Below are positions 16,866 to 25,242 of a DNA stretch of 64,000 nucleotides, one piece after another. The DNA is taken from contig CAVVSF010000008.1 in the NCBI GenBank assembly GCA_963750915.1, forward strand, positions 517,947 to 581,946, in the 5' to 3' direction. Source of the stretch: an uncultured Acidobacteriota bacterium (GTDB lineage Bacteria; Acidobacteriota; Vicinamibacteria; Vicinamibacterales; 2-12-FULL-66-21). Under the pieces are notes generated by a model. That model was not told the DNA's origin. It was given only the letters and a program-made list of their open reading frames with translations, and made no database searches. The position numbers were made by a program, and so were the translations under genes. The first letter of the stretch is position 1. Each line of letters starts with the position of its first letter.

Positions 16866-18398
16866 TTACTCTTTTCTGCGAAAGCGGTCGAAGAGTCCCT
16901 TCAACGCATCCTCGGCGCGGTTGCGGAACGCCCGCTGCAACGCCGACTGAACGTCGATGAAGACCTTCGGCGACGAGATGCTGCCGGAGATCGTCGCCGG
17001 CAGGACGATCCGATCGCCGTCCCGCGCCAGCCGATAGAGGTCACGCCCCGCCTGCGCGCTGAGCTCGCGCGACAACACCATGTCGGCGCGGAGATCGACG
17101 GTCTGGCTCGCGAACGAGAGCCGGCCGGCGCCCTGCAGATCGAGATCCCGCGACGCGAACGTCAGGTCCTTCGTGCTGGCATTCATCCCGGTGACGGCGA
17201 GCGTCGTCGCGAGGCGCGAGAACGACTCGCCCGATCCCGCCGGCGGCGCGCCGCTGGGCTTGCCGAACGCGAGCACGATCGTCCGGACGAGATCGAGGTG
17301 CGGCACCTTGCCGTCGGTGACCGTCAGGCGCGCGACGCCGCGCGCGTGCTGGATGGCGCGGACCGGATCGGCGCCCGGCGCCGTCAAGTCGAGCGACCCT
17401 GCCAGACGGCCCGTGATCGTACCTGGCGCGCCCGCGAACGCGACGAGCTGCGGTACGTCCAGTCCCTCGAAGCGGCCCTTCCAATGCAGCCGCGGCTCGC
17501 CTGAACCGATGAAGCCGGCGGCGCCGTCGAAGCGACCACCGAACAGATCGAAGGCGAGCCGGTTGAAGTCGACATTGCCGCCGGCGAGACGCCCGCTCGC
17601 GACGATCTTCGAGAGCGCGATGCCCAGGGTGCGGCCCAGCCCGGCCTTGACGTTGATCTCGACGTTGTACGGCGACGACGCCACCGGTGCCGCCGGTTTG
17701 CCTGCCTGGATCTCGCGGGCGCCGGCCGGCGTCGCGGCGGCGAGAAAGGCGAGCAGGCTGTCGAAATCCAGGGCCGCGGACTCGACGTCGAACTTTCCCG
17801 TCCGCGTCGCCAGGCTCGCAATCTCGCCGGTGGCACGGAACGCCGAGGCGCCGGACTTCGCGTCGAGCCGCTCCACCGTCACGCGATCGCCGCCGCTCAG
17901 CGCCGAGCTCATGTCGACGACGAGCGTGTGGTCGCCGGCCACCAGCGTGACGTCGCGGAACGCGATCGATCCGACGGAGTCGATCGCGAGTGGATAACCG
18001 GACGAGGCCTGCGACGGCGTCGCGGCGGCCAGCGCTTCGATCAGCGCCAGCGCCCACGGCAAATCGATGCGGCTGCGCTCGACCGAGACCTCTGCTTCTT
18101 CGACGCGGCGGCGCAGCAGGCCGCGGATGCCCGTCGAGAGGCGAACGTAGTCGACAGTCGCCTCGCGACCAGTACCGATCGCGACGTCGCGAAGCTCGAG
18201 GCCGACCCGCGGATAGAAGCGCGGCACCGCCGAACCAATCGCCACCGGCCGTCCGAGCGCGGCGCCCGCCTGGGCCTCGATCGCGCGCTTGATGCCGTCG
18301 CCGCCGAGAAAGGCGCGCGCCGCCAGCGCGAGCGCCGCGATCCCGAGCAGCAGGACGGCGGTAATCGCAAGCAGGATCCGGCGGCGCGTAGTCATCAC
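16866..18398 (-). CDS. AsmA-family protein
   Basis: 510 aa with an N-terminal TM anchor (RRILLAITAVLLLGIAALALAARAF). Followed by a long beta-rich region with AsmA-like start GGDGIKRAIEAQAGAALGRPVAIGSA. Confidence 0.75.
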   Translation of the reverse strand: MMTTRRRILLAITAVLLLGIAALALAARAFLGGDGIKRAIEAQAGAALGRPVAIGSAVPRFYPRVGLELRDVAIGTGREATVDYVRLSTGIRGLLRRRVEEAEVSVERSRIDLPWALALIEALAAATPSQASSGYPLAIDSVGSIAFRDVTLVAGDHTLVVDMSSALSGGDRVTVERLDAKSGASAFRATGEIASLATRTGKFDVESAALDFDSLLAFLAAATPAGAREIQAGKPAAPVASSPYNVEINVKAGLGRTLGIALSKIVASGRLAGGNVDFNRLAFDLFGGRFDGAAGFIGSGEPRLHWKGRFEGLDVPQLVAFAGAPGTITGRLAGSLDLTAPGADPVRAIQHARGVARLTVTDGKVPHLDLVRTIVLAFGKPSGAPPAGSGESFSRLATTLAVTGMNASTKDLTFASRDLDLQGAGRLSFASQTVDLRADMVLSRELSAQAGRDLYRLARDGDRIVLPATISGSISSPKVFIDVQSALQRAFRNRAEDALKGLFDRFRRKE

Positions 18399-18424
18399 TC
18401 GTCTGCTGATTCTACGGCACGGTC

Positions 18425-18485
18425 GCGGAGCTGAAGCTCCGCGCTACGAAGACGCTTTCTCGTAGGCCGGAGCTTCAGCTCCCGC
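18425..18485. repeat. 25-bp-arm inverted repeat (GGAGCTGAAGCTCC-based)
   Basis: GCGGAGCTGAAGCTCCGCGCTACGA (18425-18449) and TCGTAGGCCGGAGCTTCAGCTCCCGC (18460-18485) pair around a 10-nt loop. The right arm encodes the last ~13 codons and the stop of the deacetylase gene. Confidence 0.75.
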
Positions 18486-19208
18486 AGATTGCATGTCGCA
18501 GAGCGTGCCGAACGACAGTCCCTTCTGCCGCAGCGCCGGCGCGAGCAGGCGGACGGATTCGCCGGCGTGCCGCCGATCGGCGTTCGGATTGGCGTGATGG
18601 CCGTCGTGGATGACGATGATGTCGCCGGCTTTGGCCTTGCGGCCAAGGCGCGCGGCGACCGGCGCGGCGCGGGGCGTCCGCCACCAGTCAAAGTCCCACA
18701 TGCCCCAGCTCCAGCCGGCAAGCTGGTATCCCGACTCGCGCAAGCCGTCGTACATCGAGGCGCTGCGCCAGCCGGCATGCGGCCTGAACAGGCGGCACGG
18801 GGCGACGCCGGTGATGGCCGCGATGCGGCCGGCGGCGCGATCGAGCTCCGCCGCCAGTGCGCTCGGCGGCATCAGCATCAACCGCCGCGTGCCGCTGTGC
18901 AGCCCGATGGCGTGCCCGTCCTCGGCGATGCGCCGGACGATGGCGGCGCTTTCGTCGGTGATGCGATCGTCGATGAGGAAGAACGTGGCGGTCGCGCCCT
19001 CGTCGCGCAGGGCATCGAGGAGCGGCGGCGTCCAGGCGACGTTCGGCCCGTCGTCGAACGTGAGGTAGACGCGCGGGCGATCGCCGGCGGCGGCAGGCAT
19101 CCGCCACACCGAGCCGTTCGGCCGGAACGCCTCGAACAGCATCGGCCGCGGCGCGGTGTGCGACAGGATGGCCGCGCCGGCAATCGCAATCGCCAGGATC
19201 AGAAGCAC
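18444..19208 (-). CDS. Polysaccharide deacetylase (CE4/NodB-type) family protein
   Basis: 254 aa with an N-terminal TM/signal segment. NodB motifs VYLTFDDGPNVAWTPPLLDAL and HAIGLHS are present. Confidence 0.85.
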   Translation of the reverse strand: MLLILAIAIAGAAILSHTAPRPMLFEAFRPNGSVWRMPAAAGDRPRVYLTFDDGPNVAWTPPLLDALRDEGATATFFLIDDRITDESAAIVRRIAEDGHAIGLHSGTRRLMLMPPSALAAELDRAAGRIAAITGVAPCRLFRPHAGWRSASMYDGLRESGYQLAGWSWGMWDFDWWRTPRAAPVAARLGRKAKAGDIIVIHDGHHANPNADRRHAGESVRLLAPALRQKGLSFGTLCDMQSAGAEAPAYEKASS

Positions 19209-19209
19209 G

Positions 19210-19572
19210 TCAATGTGTCGCCATTCCGGGGCGGCCGTAGCGCTGAGTCGCGTAGCCGACGATCAGGCCAAGAACGCTGCCGGGCAGCATGATCTCCCAC
19301 CAGTAATGCGTGCCGTCAGGCTGCGGCATGGCCGCGACCAGGAACGCAAAAAATGCGCCGACGGCGAGGCCGGCAAGCATCACGGTCTGCAGCGATCGGC
19401 TGCGGGTCGCGATCCAGCCGATGATCCAGCCGGCGATCAGCCCCTTGAAGGTGGAGCCGATGACGATGCCGACGATCGCCGGACGGGTTTCGGGAGCGGA
19501 GATCAGCGCGCTCAGGCCGTCGAAGATGCCAAGGATGCCGCCAAGTAGAAGTCCCAGCACAGGTTTCTTCAT
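19210..19572 (-). CDS. Small integral membrane protein (about 4 TM), function unknown
   Basis: 120 aa, Gly/Ile/Leu-rich helices: MKKPVLGLLLGGILGIFDGLSALISAPETRPAIVGIVIGSTFKGLIAGWIIGWIA... Separated from the downstream deacetylase gene by 1 nt (19209) and 70 nt after the kinase gene. Confidence 0.6.
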   Translation of the reverse strand: MKKPVLGLLLGGILGIFDGLSALISAPETRPAIVGIVIGSTFKGLIAGWIIGWIATRSRSLQTVMLAGLAVGAFFAFLVAAMPQPDGTHYWWEIMLPGSVLGLIVGYATQRYGRPGMATH

Positions 19573-19641
19573 TCGAAGTTGTCCTCCACCGATCTCTTAC
19601 GCGTCCGTCCGCAATCCTTCGGCTCCGGCCGCCACGCCGGC

Positions 19642-20604
19642 TCACCAGCCGGCGAACACCGCCACGAGCGTCCGCATGACCAGATACGCCAGCACCAGCA
19701 GGATTGGCGTCCGGTAGGTGCGGGTGAACCGGACGATCCGTTCCCACGGGGTTTCGCGGTAGACGCTGACGGCCCGGCCGCCGCGGTACCTTGCCACGTC
19801 GTCCTGCATCGCCGCCACCGTCTGGTAACGGTCGCCGGGAGCGCGGCGCAGCGCCGTGCCGCAGATCGCAGCCAGTGGCCGGGGCACGCGGGCGCGACGC
19901 AGCCCGCTCTCCGGATCGTCACCGGCCGGCAGCGTATCCGTGAGCAACAGGTGAAGGATGGCGCCGAGCGCGTAGACGTCGGCGCGGTGATCGATCTCGG
20001 ACTGCCCCGGGCTCGCCTGTTCCGGCGCCATGTATCCGTGTGTTCCCGCGACCGCGGCGCCGCCGGCATCCGCGGCGGCTTCTTCTTTCAAGCCCCAGTC
20101 GCGGGCCAGGCCCCAGTCGAGGACGATGACTTCGCCAAACCCGCCGAGCATGATATTCGCCGGCTTTAGATCGCGATGGATGACGCCTCGCGCATGCGCG
20201 AACCCGATCGGCTCGCAGATGCGCTCGAAGGCGCCGAGGCGATCGGCGGCGTCGAGCGACGGCAGGCGTTGCTGCAGCGTCTGCCCGACCAGCCGCTTCA
20301 TGACGTAGAAGAGCCGCCCGTCGGCGAGCCGGCCAACGTCGTGCACCGGGACGATGCCGGGATGCTCGAGCCGTGCCAGCGTCCTCGCCTCTCGCTGCAG
20401 TCTCTGCTCGAACTCCGGACTGGCAATCGCGTTGGAGATCTTCAGCGCGACGTCGCGCGCGAGCTCCTGGTCGCGGGCGAGGTAGACCGTCCCCATCCCG
20501 CCGCGGCCGAGCTCGTCGAGGACGACGTAGCGCGACGAGGCGAGCTCGGGCCAGTTGCCGACGCTGCGCAGGCGGCCGACGATGGCGTCGGAGAGATAGG
20601 TCAC
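19642..20604 (-). CDS. Ser/Thr protein kinase with C-terminal TM anchor
   Basis: Hanks motifs [32 protein letters not shown] and APEQ. C-terminal hydrophobic tail PILLVLAYLVMRTLVAVFAGW. Confidence 0.9.
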   Translation of the reverse strand: MTYLSDAIVGRLRSVGNWPELASSRYVVLDELGRGGMGTVYLARDQELARDVALKISNAIASPEFEQRLQREARTLARLEHPGIVPVHDVGRLADGRLFYVMKRLVGQTLQQRLPSLDAADRLGAFERICEPIGFAHARGVIHRDLKPANIMLGGFGEVIVLDWGLARDWGLKEEAAADAGGAAVAGTHGYMAPEQASPGQSEIDHRADVYALGAILHLLLTDTLPAGDDPESGLRRARVPRPLAAICGTALRRAPGDRYQTVAAMQDDVARYRGGRAVSVYRETPWERIVRFTRTYRTPILLVLAYLVMRTLVAVFAGW

Positions 20605-20613
20605 GGCTGGTGG

Positions 20614-21349
20614 TCAATCCACGTCGATGCCGAACAACTCGCGCGCTTCGCGCCGGAACTCCGGCTCGCTGCCGCAAAGGCCGCGCAGCGACGCCAGCGC
20701 GCGCTCGCGAAAGCGGCGGCGCACCTGCGCCAGCGCGTTCGTCACCTGCGACGTCGTCAGCCCGTACTCGGCGGCGAGGGCAGCGTAGCTGGCGCCCGCT
20801 TCGGCCGCGAGGTCGTAGCGCTCGAATAATGTGAAGGATATCGCGCGTCCTGCCGCGTCGGTACTCGGCGCGGAGATCCTGTACCGCCTTGTCGAAGAGG
20901 GCGCGGACGAACTCCTGGTGAAAGCGTTCATCGGGATCGGCGGCGCCGTCCCGGGCCGCGGCCACCTCGCGTTCGGCGCCTTCGAAGTCGAGCGGGATAG
21001 TCTGGACGCCGCCGCCGCGCTTCAGGCGCGTCGCCGCCTGGCGCTGATTCATGACGAAGCGATCGGCGCAGACGCGGACGAAGGTCCGGAAGCGCGCCCT
21101 CGACGGCTCGTAGCGTTCGAGCCAGGACTTCTGGTAGGCGTCGGCGAAGAACGCCTGCGTGAGGTCGGAGGCCTCATCCGCATCGGCGCGCCACGTCAGG
21201 CGAAGGTGCTTGTAGACCGGTTTCCAGTAGCCTTCGACGAGGTCGCCGAACGCCTCGCGCCGCGCCTCCGGGTCGTCGTCGCGGATGCGCTCGAGGATCG
21301 AGGGCCGCGTCGCTGGAAACCCGCCGGCGGCCGGTTCATCGCGCTGCAT
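20614..21349 (-). CDS. ECF-type sigma-70 family RNA polymerase sigma factor, with an apparent frameshift at ~20860
   Basis: ATG at 21349 gives MQRDEPAAGGFPATRPSILERIRDDDPEARREAFGDLVEGYWKPVYKHLR... (region 2) up to ...VQDLRAEY. The region-4 part (DAAGRAISFTLFERYDLAAEAGASYAALAAEYGLTTSQVTNALAQVRRRFRE...) is in another frame and ends at 20614. The junction reads GAG TAC C GAC GCG. Confidence 0.75.
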
Positions 21350-21431
21350 CACCGCGGATTCTACCCCGCTGGCCCAGCGCCTCGCGGCCGGTGCCTGGGC
21401 CGCGCCGTGCGCCGCCCGCGCCCTCCGCGAT

Positions 21432-22394
21432 ATGCTCGTGGACGTGAGCGAACGGCGACAGATCGAGGCGGCCATCGACCGCCTCTACCAGCTCCCGCTC
21501 GATGAGTTCACCGCCGCGCGCAACACGCTGGCGAAGGAACTGGGCAAGGAAGGCGCGCCGGTCAAGACGCTGGCGAAGCCGCCGGCAGCGGCCTGGGCGA
21601 TCAATCAGGTGTTCTGGCAGCGGCGACAGGCGTTCGACGCGCTGATCGCCGCGGCGACCGGCGTGCGTACGGCGCATGCCGCCGTCATGGCGGGCGAGCG
21701 CGCGGATCTGCGCGCCGCCGGCGCGGCCCACGAAGAGGCGATCGAGGCTGCCCTGAAGGCGGCGCTCGACGTCCTCGCCAGCGCCGGCCAGCCGGCGAGC
21801 GACGCGACCAGGCAGGCGATCGCCACCACCCTTCGTGCCCTGCCCACCGCGGCTGAGCCAGGCGGCCGGCTGTCACGGACCCTCCAGCCTGGCGGCTTCG
21901 AAATGCTGGCCGGCCTGCCCGGACGCGGTACGGCGGCCGTGTCGCCGGCGCCGGCCGTCAAGCGGCCGACAGAATCGTCACGACCAGCGCCGGCAGCGGC
22001 AGGAACGAAACGCGCCGGTCTCGAGACGCGCGAAGAAGCCGCGACGCGCAGGAAGCAGGAGGCGGAACGAAACAAGGCCATCGCGGCCGCGCGCGATGCC
22101 GTCAGCGCCGCGGCGCGGACCGAGCGCGCCGCCGAACAGGACGCGCGACGGGCCGAGTTCGAAGCCGCGCGCAGCGCCCGTGAATCGGAGCGGGCGGAGA
22201 CACAGTGGTCATCCGCGCGCGCGGCCGTCGAGACGGCACAGGCGGCCGCCGATGAGGCCGAGACGCTGGCGACCGAGGCGAAGCGAAAACGTGATGCTGA
22301 TGCGCGGCGCGTCCGTGAACAGGCGCAGGCGCTGGCCAAGGCCCGGGTCAAGCTCGAGACCGCTCAAGCCGAGCTGGCTCGCCTGACGGACTAA
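21432..22394 (+). CDS. Hypothetical protein with Ala/Arg/Glu-rich coiled-coil C-terminal half
   Basis: ATG at 21432 gives MLVDVSERRQIEAAIDRLYQLPLDEFTAARNTLAKELGKEG... The C-terminus is ...AQALAKARVKLETAQAELARLTD. Composition is plausible for coding but I recognise no family. Confidence 0.55.
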   Translation: MLVDVSERRQIEAAIDRLYQLPLDEFTAARNTLAKELGKEGAPVKTLAKPPAAAWAINQVFWQRRQAFDALIAAATGVRTAHAAVMAGERADLRAAGAAHEEAIEAALKAALDVLASAGQPASDATRQAIATTLRALPTAAEPGGRLSRTLQPGGFEMLAGLPGRGTAAVSPAPAVKRPTESSRPAPAAAGTKRAGLETREEAATRRKQEAERNKAIAAARDAVSAAARTERAAEQDARRAEFEAARSARESERAETQWSSARAAVETAQAAADEAETLATEAKRKRDADARRVREQAQALAKARVKLETAQAELARLTD

Positions 22395-22576
22395 CAGCTG
22401 ACCCACCTACCGTTTTCGTCAGCCCACCGCGATCGCCAGAAGTGGAAAAACTCGAACGTCAGGGGAAAAAGATTCCCAGCCAATCACGCTTACGTTCCTC
22501 TGGTGCAGGCATTTACGCGGGATCGGACCCGGCACGGCGATTGATTGTCTGGTTGAGCACGGTTCGTACTGTGCAC

Positions 22577-23512
22577 ATGACCCAAAAGTCTGGCGTCCCG
22601 ATCGCCAAACAGCAAATGCCGCGAACACTCGACGAACTTCGCGCCTGGATTCGTCAGCATCTCACCTTGAATGTGCCGATCGAGCTGGAACTGCTCGAGG
22701 CGGTCGAGGAGGTATTGTCGCGCCAGCGGCAGCTCGTCGAAGAATCGAAGAGGGACGCGATCCAGGCCCTGACGGAGGGCTTCACCGACAAAATGGAGCG
22801 GCTTCAGACGCAGCTGTCGGAAAAGGATGCAACCGTCAGCAACATCGCGCGCTACTTCGAGGAAGTCGTCGCCGAGCTGACCGAAAAGTCGCATCGCGAT
22901 CCAAAAACCAAGCTGCTCAATTTCGACTGGTTCATGGAGCGGCTCGAATCGTTCCTCGCCGTCGAGCAGCGGGTGCGCTGGTGCGGTGTCGGCGTCGTCG
23001 ACATCAGCAGCTTCAAGCGCTACAACGACACCCTCGGACATGCTATCGGCGACTGCATCATCGAGCGGGTGGCGCAGATCCTGTCGGATCAGATCCGTTC
23101 TGAAGACGTGCTCGCGCTCGAGCGCGTCAGCGAGACGCGCGATCTCCACGCGCGATTCGGCGGCGACGAATTCTGCTTCCTGATTCCGCACCTGCCTGGC
23201 TGCGTCGAAGCGACCGAGATTGCCCAGCGGTTCAAGCAGGCGGTCGAGCGCCACGACTGGGCCCGGGAAGATCCCCGGCTCGCCGCCAATCCGGTCAAGG
23301 TCGACGTCGGCGTCGTCTGTCTGCGGCTGGGACCGGTGTCCGAGCGTCGCGGCTCCGCAAAGGTCCTGGCCGCCGAGCTCGTGCAGCGCGCCGACGTCCT
23401 GATGTACGAGGCCAAGAGCATCCGTTCCACCCGGGTTCATGCCGGCGCCGTCGCCGTCGAACAGGGCCAGCTGACCGACATCACGAAGCCCCACCCGCCG
23501 ACCCAGGTCTGA
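22577..23512 (+). CDS. Diguanylate cyclase (GGDEF domain) with N-terminal coiled-coil region
   Basis: ATG at 22577. DPKTKLLNFDWFMERLE...VVDISSFKRYNDTLGHAIGDCIIERVAQ...RFGGDEFCFLIP carries an intact GGDEF motif. GC is visibly lower than in neighbouring genes. Confidence 0.85.
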   Translation: MTQKSGVPIAKQQMPRTLDELRAWIRQHLTLNVPIELELLEAVEEVLSRQRQLVEESKRDAIQALTEGFTDKMERLQTQLSEKDATVSNIARYFEEVVAELTEKSHRDPKTKLLNFDWFMERLESFLAVEQRVRWCGVGVVDISSFKRYNDTLGHAIGDCIIERVAQILSDQIRSEDVLALERVSETRDLHARFGGDEFCFLIPHLPGCVEATEIAQRFKQAVERHDWAREDPRLAANPVKVDVGVVCLRLGPVSERRGSAKVLAAELVQRADVLMYEAKSIRSTRVHAGAVAVEQGQLTDITKPHPPTQV

Positions 23513-23671
23513 TCGCCGCGGTCGTTTGCCGGCCTTCTCCGCTGAATGGTAGAATTAACGTTTGGCTGAACCGTCGGCTCGGGCCACCGAGGCGCCGGCG
23601 CGCCGTCGGCCGAGGAGCTCAAGCTGCTCGGCTGGTCACCAGCGAGTGCTATTCTCGTCTCCGGCCCGTAT

Positions 23672-23747
23672 GGTGGGTGTAGCTCAGTGGTAGAGCGCCT
23701 GACTGTGGCTCAGGAAGTCGCGGGTTCAATTCCCGTCATCCACCCCA
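23672..23747 (+). tRNA. tRNA-His (anticodon GTG)
   Basis: Cloverleaf folded by hand. Acceptor GTGGGTG/CATCCAC with the His-specific G-1:C73 pair, D arm GCTC/GAGC, anticodon loop CTGTGGC, T arm GCGGG-TTCAATT-CCCGT, and an encoded CCA. Confidence 0.95.
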
Positions 23748-23846
23748 ATCTTTCAAAATTCCCAGAAGCTGGGAGCGAATCGCGGCCTTCCCAACCCGGA
23801 ACGGCTTGAGTCCTTCGATCGCGTTCACAAGCGGACCAGGATTAAT

Positions 23847-24257
23847 TCACTCAAGGTGAAACGCACCGCCGCTCCATTCCTCCGGAGCGATGTCGGCGAT
23901 AGTTTCGGTGAAGTCCCAGCGATGGCCACAAAAGTCCTCAGCGTTGTATTGACGCTCGCCGTAGGGTTGGTCTTGCGGCTCGGTCAGGATAATGGCTCCG
24001 TTCTGCCGCGCGCGCTCGCAGTGCGCCTCGGCATTCTCGATCCGGACCTGAATGATATGTGAGTTGTTTGGCGCCACGGTGCCTTCGGCGATGGTGAAGC
24101 AGCCGTCTCCGGCCTTCATCTGAATGCGGTGATTGGCGATGCGCAGGCGGACGGTAAAGCCGAACCCCTGTGACAGCCAATCAGCTGCTGCGCTGGGGTC
24201 GGGGTAAATGAGCACAGGAATCACGGTGCAGGGTGGTACCGAGCGGTTGAATCGCAT
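23847..24257 (-). CDS. VOC (glyoxalase/bleomycin-resistance) family protein
   Basis: ATG at 24257 gives MRFNRSVPPCTVIPVLIYPDPSAAADWLSQGFGFTVRLRIANHRIQMKAGDGCFTIAEG...PYGERQYNAEDFCGHRWDF, a typical single VOC fold. The longer track ORF start at 24320 is less likely. Confidence 0.8.
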   Translation of the reverse strand: MRFNRSVPPCTVIPVLIYPDPSAAADWLSQGFGFTVRLRIANHRIQMKAGDGCFTIAEGTVAPNNSHIIQVRIENAEAHCERARQNGAIILTEPQDQPYGERQYNAEDFCGHRWDFTETIADIAPEEWSGGAFHLE

Positions 24258-24530
24258 CTGGAAAATGTAGCAGACGTATGATCGGCTCGGTGGTGTGCTG
24301 TGCCCATGTGCGCCCGCCACTGCTCACGATCGGTCCCGTGCGCTGCATTACGTCGCGTGAGCTCTACATCTCCCTCGCGCCGCCAACCTCAGACCAACCT
24401 GTTCCGGCATCGGCCGACAATCGCACTCCACGCCCGCGGAATACGTCCCGCGCGCAAGAGCCGGCGGTTTGGTACAGGACATGCTCAATGTCGCGGGTGG
24501 ACGTTGGCTCCACGCGATGAACGGCACGTA

Positions 24531-25190
24531 ATGGACTGGATTCGCGACCGCGCGCTCACACTGGCCCTGATGGCGATGTTCGCGCTGTTCCTCGGCGCGC
24601 AGGTCCTCACAGGCCTGTACCAGTACAACGCGACACAAACCGATCACCAGCAGCCCGTCGTAGACCTCGCCGGCTATCTCCGGACTGGCCACCCGTGGGA
24701 AGCACTGTTCGAGAACTGGGAGAGCGAGTTCCTACAGATGGCGGTCTTCGTTCTCCTGACAACGATCCTCATCCAGAAGGGCTCGCCTGAATCGCGTCGC
24801 CCCGGGGTCAAGGAGCTCGTCGACGCGGACCCGCGGGAGTTCGCTCACCTTCCAGACGCGCCCTGGCCGGTTCGCCGCGGCGGCTGGATCCTGCGGCTTT
24901 ACGAGCACTCGCTCGGGCTGGCGTTCGTCCTGCTGTTCCTGCTCTCGTGGGTGGGCCACGCGGCCGGCGGCTTTGCCGAGTACGCGGCGGACCAGGTCGC
25001 GCACGGTGAGGCAGAGCCGACGATGGGCGCGTATTTCGCCTCGCCCCGGTTCTGGTTCGAGTCCTTTCAGAACTGGCAGAGCGAGTTCCTGGCGATCGCG
25101 TCGATGGTCTGGCTCGCCGTGTATCTCCGGGAGCGGGGATCGCCGGAATCCAAGCCGGTGCACGCGCCGCACGACGATACCGGGCGGTGA
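24531..25190 (+). CDS. DUF6766-like membrane protein
   Basis: ATG at 24531. Duplicated motif NWESEFLQMAVFVLLTTILIQKGSPESR / NWQSEFLAIASMVWLAVYLRERGSPESK. The family name is recalled from memory. Confidence 0.65.
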   Translation: MDWIRDRALTLALMAMFALFLGAQVLTGLYQYNATQTDHQQPVVDLAGYLRTGHPWEALFENWESEFLQMAVFVLLTTILIQKGSPESRRPGVKELVDADPREFAHLPDAPWPVRRGGWILRLYEHSLGLAFVLLFLLSWVGHAAGGFAEYAADQVAHGEAEPTMGAYFASPRFWFESFQNWQSEFLAIASMVWLAVYLRERGSPESKPVHAPHDDTGR

Positions 25191-25242
25191 TCGACGCGGT
25201 CAGGGTTTCATGATGTCAAGCACAGATCGAGGTTTTTGAACC

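Noticed and set aside
19919-21475. 518-aa minus-strand ORF spanning the sigma factor and kinase loci
   Set aside because: Only residues from M43 to about 200 (the sigma factor N-terminal half) are protein-like. Downstream of ~20860 it is out of frame relative to both the sigma C-terminus and the kinase.
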